Shown: piece by piece, positions 61,301 to 64,000 of the stretch
Layout of the letters: the number at the start of each line of letters is the position of its first letter
Position numbering within the stretch: the first letter of the stretch is position 1
Assembly (NCBI GenBank): GCA_046290225.1
Contig: JBKAGE010000079.1
Location: forward strand, 128,001-192,000
Source of the DNA: Bradymonadia bacterium
GTDB lineage: Bacteria; Myxococcota_A; Bradymonadia; UBA7976; UBA1532
Length of the DNA: 64,000 nt
Reading direction: 5' to 3'
Position numbers and translations under genes: made by a program
Notes under the pieces: generated by a model
What the model was told of the DNA's origin: nothing
The model's input: only the letters and a program-made list of their open reading frames with translations
Database searches by the model: none

Positions 61301-61783
61301 GCCCTTGGCGGTGCCCACCACGAGCCAGTTGCCCGAAGGGTCTGCGGCGAGGGCGGTACCGGCCTGGGGCAGCTTCAGGCGCTGAGCCACAGCGCCGTCG
61401 GCGATGGTGATGATCAGCAGCTCTTCTCCGGCGATGGCGGCCATGCGGCCTTCACTCGCCAGCGCCAGCGCCGTGGGGGCGGGCTCGAGGGCCTCGGTGA
61501 AGGTTGTGGCCTCACCACCGGCAGCGGGGCTCGAGTAGAGCTTGTCGTCGGTGCCGATGAAGTAGAGCGTGTTGTCGCCGGTGATCTCGTCGATGATCAG
61601 ACCACGGGCGCCACAGGGCAGCGCCGTCGAGGCCAGCTCGAGCTTCTCGAGATCGATCCGGTACAGGGCGGTGGGCTGCCCCTCAGGGTGCACGGTGGTG
61701 AGCACGAGGGTGCTCTCCAGGCCCACGAGGGCGGTGACGTCACCGCGGTACTTCAGGGTCTTTTCGCTTGTTGCGGCGGCCAT
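55346..61783 (-). CDS. Giant WD40-like propeller plus HEAT-repeat protein (2145 aa)
   Basis: N-terminal AHNGEVTSL, TGGRDGEVKIW blades, then many HEAT_2-like repeats (ALDDxxxxVRxAA, ALGKLGDPRA). Confidence 0.85.
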   Translation of the reverse strand: MAAATSEKTLKYRGDVTALVGLESTLVLTTVHPEGQPTALYRIDLEKLELASTALPCGARGLIIDEITGDNTLYFIGTDDKLYSSPAAGGEATTFTEALEPAPTALALASEGRMAAIAGEELLIITIADGAVAQRLKLPQAGTALAADPSGNWLVVGTAKGTLVVFDCEEKPQFLAGNNAKAHNGEVTSLCFEPEELRVMSAGADGRLLVTHVRGTLEPEERGGRGGHSSGAIIAEGPAIEDDADKFYTGGRDGEVKIWTVGGGNKRPSTLKDTLKPVVAMAQVTYKSRGHVAIASNDNTIRLFIQDAAGKIEHRSLTIRDAYAWARRSFKAKEVSTRQEALQALAGYNDAKAIEMIASRASDDDDHALRVLAVELLGNSDNRRAVQPLEGLLRGGSEKVRRAALTGLRTLEGQSNLRPLELALGARKADIGVEAVQALGTLAGEDEQALSRLTRALDDNPREVRFAALETLEGFYGDDPVGTLIGLKSGQADLRWQALLRLHQRELLAEAVVRSALRRTLEDREASVRLMAFDVRLLSQLTLAQAVRHLDKDVHRRLYQIETHGEEIDPEAALPKTKKVKTADLTADDFAPLLEAMAGQALDTCVRGAVALAQLQDPRAFGTLLQLTRADDSTARVEACRALEALGDPRGLQRLRLMLRDTTGQVRDAAFTALSRLLSDTPLESAEAGLMAEHEDVRRRGLSVLVRQLKKKLPADPNDAAYGLLERALNDAGSAIRSEAFKATINLQVMGGGDATLAFALKSLHPNIRREVLTEVMGEIAHPWAWDMLLGLFDDPDQDLRTDAFAFAVKKGKSKGLAPLSRGLESPFADVRLTSVKALARKYSKETAPLLVKALDDDDADVRSVAINALKLADNDDALVKAMSSEHRDVRNKAAAARAVVGDEKALKPLLEQVNSERPEVSDLATLWQADTLVALEGLGALGHVDAVESLVKLLANDEASIRKGAAEALAWSDNAEDPTALKAALRHGDEAVRMIAAKGLARLADATGASILFAHRQAEDTPSRGGRRRATRRAAPTHAGAPAQVALWAALTLDVEDVFLSFLDHNDSDIRQQALNLMLLMEWRENDGIPDRCLAALSSADARVRIAGAKALEHFGDLDAFGRHVVDVFNDRGDGQKAWTITEETITQLAEAVTFGAPRLKARAAEVLKGLGEKKQGAFNRLWRVFSTRYAVDLDALAKAAKKRKAAKTAYDNATLQQLVFGAYTGLCRAGEAPAWVRRQALVRLQTMVAEGHGTAEAAIPVFVQRLTDNSAIVRRAAFEALNAVGYDVSQLSAEALATGQGDVGVMALELLAKKSGAKEGRRVLLDVLRTKEDGLEFEAVKLLEGQGEPVMPWAEGLQARSSRLRNQAPGKLAMLKVKPDAEAKVQKAALKALLDAVDSPFLDVRLEVAIQLGSIQEAKGFDPLVKLLATASNTQGRILNALARLADERTADAMLNRVDNDPAGNADMRNIYQHVGEFRRREVFPRLLADLGQKQRAGYAFNAALTVTGYNQYLNVDFDEIDRTGQEDDGWQKGQHARQHDLFGALLEAAWGANDTGWLQKLMAGAKWCPEAVVDGTLAQLAAFPKDNVRLSALDALSWRLRHREGKAEALVEALKHKDQVTQFVAAEGLALGGRADGISVLLASVDLLENISYRQRAVEALGKLGDPRALDLLLRLVNDEDNALQEQAAEAIGHLAEGEHREKIFKILKGLAGADDGVAEYALSGLRWFGGDAAWQFVRGRINDDDWSIRQRVCELLAHHDDVATREALAKQLIEDDDWDVAQAAATALRTQYGAESLEPDYIFIQSPFDDLEEDTLKRLCERGEAGRLLKVLPKINEDYTEEYVPPLVNALLTRDPAPVAEAVEALGASHDRTVEVAARILGRVGEGKKHGKAVTEAATQSLTLWSDRYQRLSAARSGQHQHRQALSQLTDRLSWLLWACGRLEAGAEVLIQVSAMVPREARPLRQMAITALSSGFAKAKGLDALVAAATGPDAELRTLASTAVSALDPKRAATLLEGALDDRPALDRLLSAADDKASGAILRGAAGQIHRQGVVLPHLVARGDIDGLTAALNDKTLKADARLGALEALARIAADEAKAKAAEKPILAVATNEKEDEDMRKAAWRALRRARRARAQKEVRS

Positions 61784-61786
61784 CGA

Positions 61787-64000
61787 TCAGGCCTCCTTCC
61801 AGCAGTCGAGGTCGGGCCATGCCCGCCGCATCCGGGTGAGGGCCACCAGACAGGCGGCCCGCTCGCTCTGACCCCGAGAGCCCAGGAACTCCTGGAGCAG
61901 CGGGGCCGACTTCTCGGCGAAGCCCTGATCTTCCAGGGCGAGATCCCGCACCACGTCCACGAGGGCCAGCTTGGCCTTTCGGGCGGGGAGGGGCGGCAAA
62001 GTACGCTTTTTGCGCTTGCCCTCAGCAGGGCGGGGCAGCTTCGCCGGGGGGATCCCGAAGAGGGTGCGCCTCAAGAAGCTCTGCAGATCGTCGGGGCTCG
62101 CCGGGGGGTTCTCGGGCTTCGCCGGAGCGCCCTGGGGCTTCGGTGCATCTTCGGCCTGTTGCTTCTTGGCGCCGCGGCGCTTCTTCACCTTGGGGGCGGG
62201 GGGGGCCGGGGGCAGCCAGCCCTCGGTGATGCCCCGCTCGCGGTACAGGTGCCAGAGCTGCCGCACCACGAAGGCCCGGACCTGACGGTCGGGGCTCTCG
62301 GTGAGGCGGAAGAGCTCTTCGGGGATGGCCAGCCGGGGGTTCCGGGCGATGAGGGCCATGCCCAGACCTCGGGCCGAGGCGTCGGTGGACTCGCAGAACT
62401 GGTACACCGCGTCGGCGGTGAGCACCTTCGGGTCTACTCGGAAGCGCCGGGTCTCCGTGGACTCCTCGGCGGTGAGGGCCTCGAAGACGAACTGACGGAT
62501 CTCGGGGTAGGGCAGCTCCGACAGCTCGACGAGGGCCTCCATGGGCGGGGACCAGCGGGCGAACTCGTAGCGGCTGTACTCGAGGCCCAGCTGACGCAGC
62601 CGCTCCCGGCTGTCGGCGAGCAGGCCTCTGACCCGGTCGAAGGACAGGAAGTCGTCGGGGATCTCCGCCCCCGGATCGACGTAGCGCTCGGTCTCGATGG
62701 CGCAAATCTCGGGGTGGTGCAGCCGCAGGTAGTGCAGTGCGAACCGGGCGAGGGGCGATTCATCGATGGCCTTGCCGTCGGCGAGCAGCATGGCCCAGAG
62801 GCGCTCACAGCCCGCCTCGGTGCTGCCTTCGTCTGCCTGAGTCGCCTCACCGGAGAGCATCTTCAAGAACGCGGTCTCGGAGATGATCTTGATGGGGGCG
62901 CCGCCGGCCTGCAGCTTCTCGGCCTTGAGCATCTTGCTGCCCTTACGGCCGTTGCCGTAGAGGGGGGAGCCGTCGTCACCGATGACCAGGTAGTCCAGCT
63001 TGCCGTTGACGCCCGAGGCGTTCTTGCCGTTGGCGTCGGTGACCTTCCGCTGCGCCTGAGAGCGGGTCATGGTCATCAGCTTGCCGGTGAAGACGAAGCT
63101 CTGTCCCTCGAGATCGATGTTGATCTCACCGTCGGCACTCGCCTCCTCTGCAGGAGCGTCAGCACCTTCCTCCTTCTCGGCGAAGTCGGCGGGCAAGAAA
63201 GCCTTGGTCATGTAGGTGACGGCGAAGTCGTGGTACCGGGGCTCGGTGCGCTCCACGAGCTGCATCAGCCAGTCGAAGCCCACTTGATCGGCGCTGAACA
63301 GTCGCACGTCGGCGAGCAGTCCGAGGGCGAAGCCCGACAGGCCGTCGGAGAACTCCAGATCTCGAGCCCAGACCCGGCCGCTCTCTTTGAGGGCCTTCAC
63401 CCAGTCGCTCTCCGACCAGGTGCCGTGGAAGGCGATGATCTTGAAGAAGTCGTGACCCACGTCGGCGGGCTTCACCCGGCCTTCGTCGATCCAGCCCTTC
63501 ACCCGGCTCGTGCAAGCGGGGTTCACCAGCGTCCGGCGGATGAACTCCATGTCGTCGGCGGTGATGGGGAACCGCTCCAGAGCGTCGAGGGCGAAGCGGA
63601 CAGCGTAGCGATGGAGCTCCGGCGCGTCGAGCAGATCGCGGTAGTACTGGGCCCCAAGCTTCTTGTCGGGGTGGATCTTCCGCAGCTGCTCGGTGGCGAA
63701 GTTCACCACCTTCGAGTTGTCGGACTTCAGCCGCTCGGCGAACCACTCGGGGGTCAGCTCACGGGCGCCGAAGTGCTTCGCCAGAGAGGCCGTGGCCAGG
63801 TCGTGGCCATAGGGGCTGCCCAGCAGGCGGCCCCAACCGTCGAGGCCCACGTCCTTGCGCGGATCGCGATCACGCAACAGGTCGCGGCTCATCTTGCGCA
63901 CGGCGTCGTGATCGTTGTTCGCCAGGCGGATCAGCTCGTCCAGCTCGAGATCTCGAGCGTGAGTGCGGGCATACTTCGCGGCGTAGCTGCGGGCGTTGTC
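61787..64000 (-). CDS. ARM/HEAT-repeat protein with inserted BRCT domain, 5' end beyond window
   Basis: BRCT motif GQSFVFTGKL..MTRSQAQ...LDYLVIG...GSKMLKA...IISE at about 62860-63125. The C-terminus resembles that of 44510-47950. The frame continues to the window edge. Confidence 0.8.
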   Translation of the reverse strand, partial: DNARSYAAKYARTHARDLELDELIRLANNDHDAVRKMSRDLLRDRDPRKDVGLDGWGRLLGSPYGHDLATASLAKHFGARELTPEWFAERLKSDNSKVVNFATEQLRKIHPDKKLGAQYYRDLLDAPELHRYAVRFALDALERFPITADDMEFIRRTLVNPACTSRVKGWIDEGRVKPADVGHDFFKIIAFHGTWSESDWVKALKESGRVWARDLEFSDGLSGFALGLLADVRLFSADQVGFDWLMQLVERTEPRYHDFAVTYMTKAFLPADFAEKEEGADAPAEEASADGEINIDLEGQSFVFTGKLMTMTRSQAQRKVTDANGKNASGVNGKLDYLVIGDDGSPLYGNGRKGSKMLKAEKLQAGGAPIKIISETAFLKMLSGEATQADEGSTEAGCERLWAMLLADGKAIDESPLARFALHYLRLHHPEICAIETERYVDPGAEIPDDFLSFDRVRGLLADSRERLRQLGLEYSRYEFARWSPPMEALVELSELPYPEIRQFVFEALTAEESTETRRFRVDPKVLTADAVYQFCESTDASARGLGMALIARNPRLAIPEELFRLTESPDRQVRAFVVRQLWHLYRERGITEGWLPPAPPAPKVKKRRGAKKQQAEDAPKPQGAPAKPENPPASPDDLQSFLRRTLFGIPPAKLPRPAEGKRKKRTLPPLPARKAKLALVDVVRDLALEDQGFAEKSAPLLQEFLGSRGQSERAACLVALTRMRRAWPDLDCWKEA

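Noticed and set aside
42884..64000. Retron locus as a mobile element or prophage
   Set aside because: No integrase, transposase, tRNA or att repeat is visible, and the coding composition looks like the rest of the window.

Overview
High-GC bacterial window. The gene content (ECF/anti-sigma/caspase trio, AgmX-like, DUF1501 cluster, many Pro/Asp-rich lipoproteins) looks Myxococcota/deltaproteobacterial. Bases 1-42.9 kb hold ordinary metabolic, transport, RNA-modification and surface-protein genes (cysK, apaH, RluA-methyltransferase fusion, DUF692/MNIO pair, DASS and ABC transporters, FG-GAP protein, DUF1501 cluster). The last 21 kb (43.0-64.0 kb, running off the right edge) hold two convergent, mutually paralogous operons, each ending in a retron-type reverse transcriptase. 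Plus strand: WGR-beta-propeller, WGR-ARM/HEAT, SWIM, a clear msr-msd-like ncRNA with its own sigma70-like promoter, then RT1. Minus strand: ARM/HEAT-BRCT, a 2145-aa propeller-HEAT protein, a degenerate-SWIM-WGR fusion, then RT2. RT2 has no room for an upstream ncRNA, but a second structured element lies downstream of it, between the two RT stop codons. The gene set matches the ARM/SWIM/WGR-associated (type XIII-like) retrons. The twin mirror layout, the zinc-ligand-less SWIM copy and the possible 3'-placed ncRNA are the features most worth following up. All calls come from reading motifs by eye; no searches were run.
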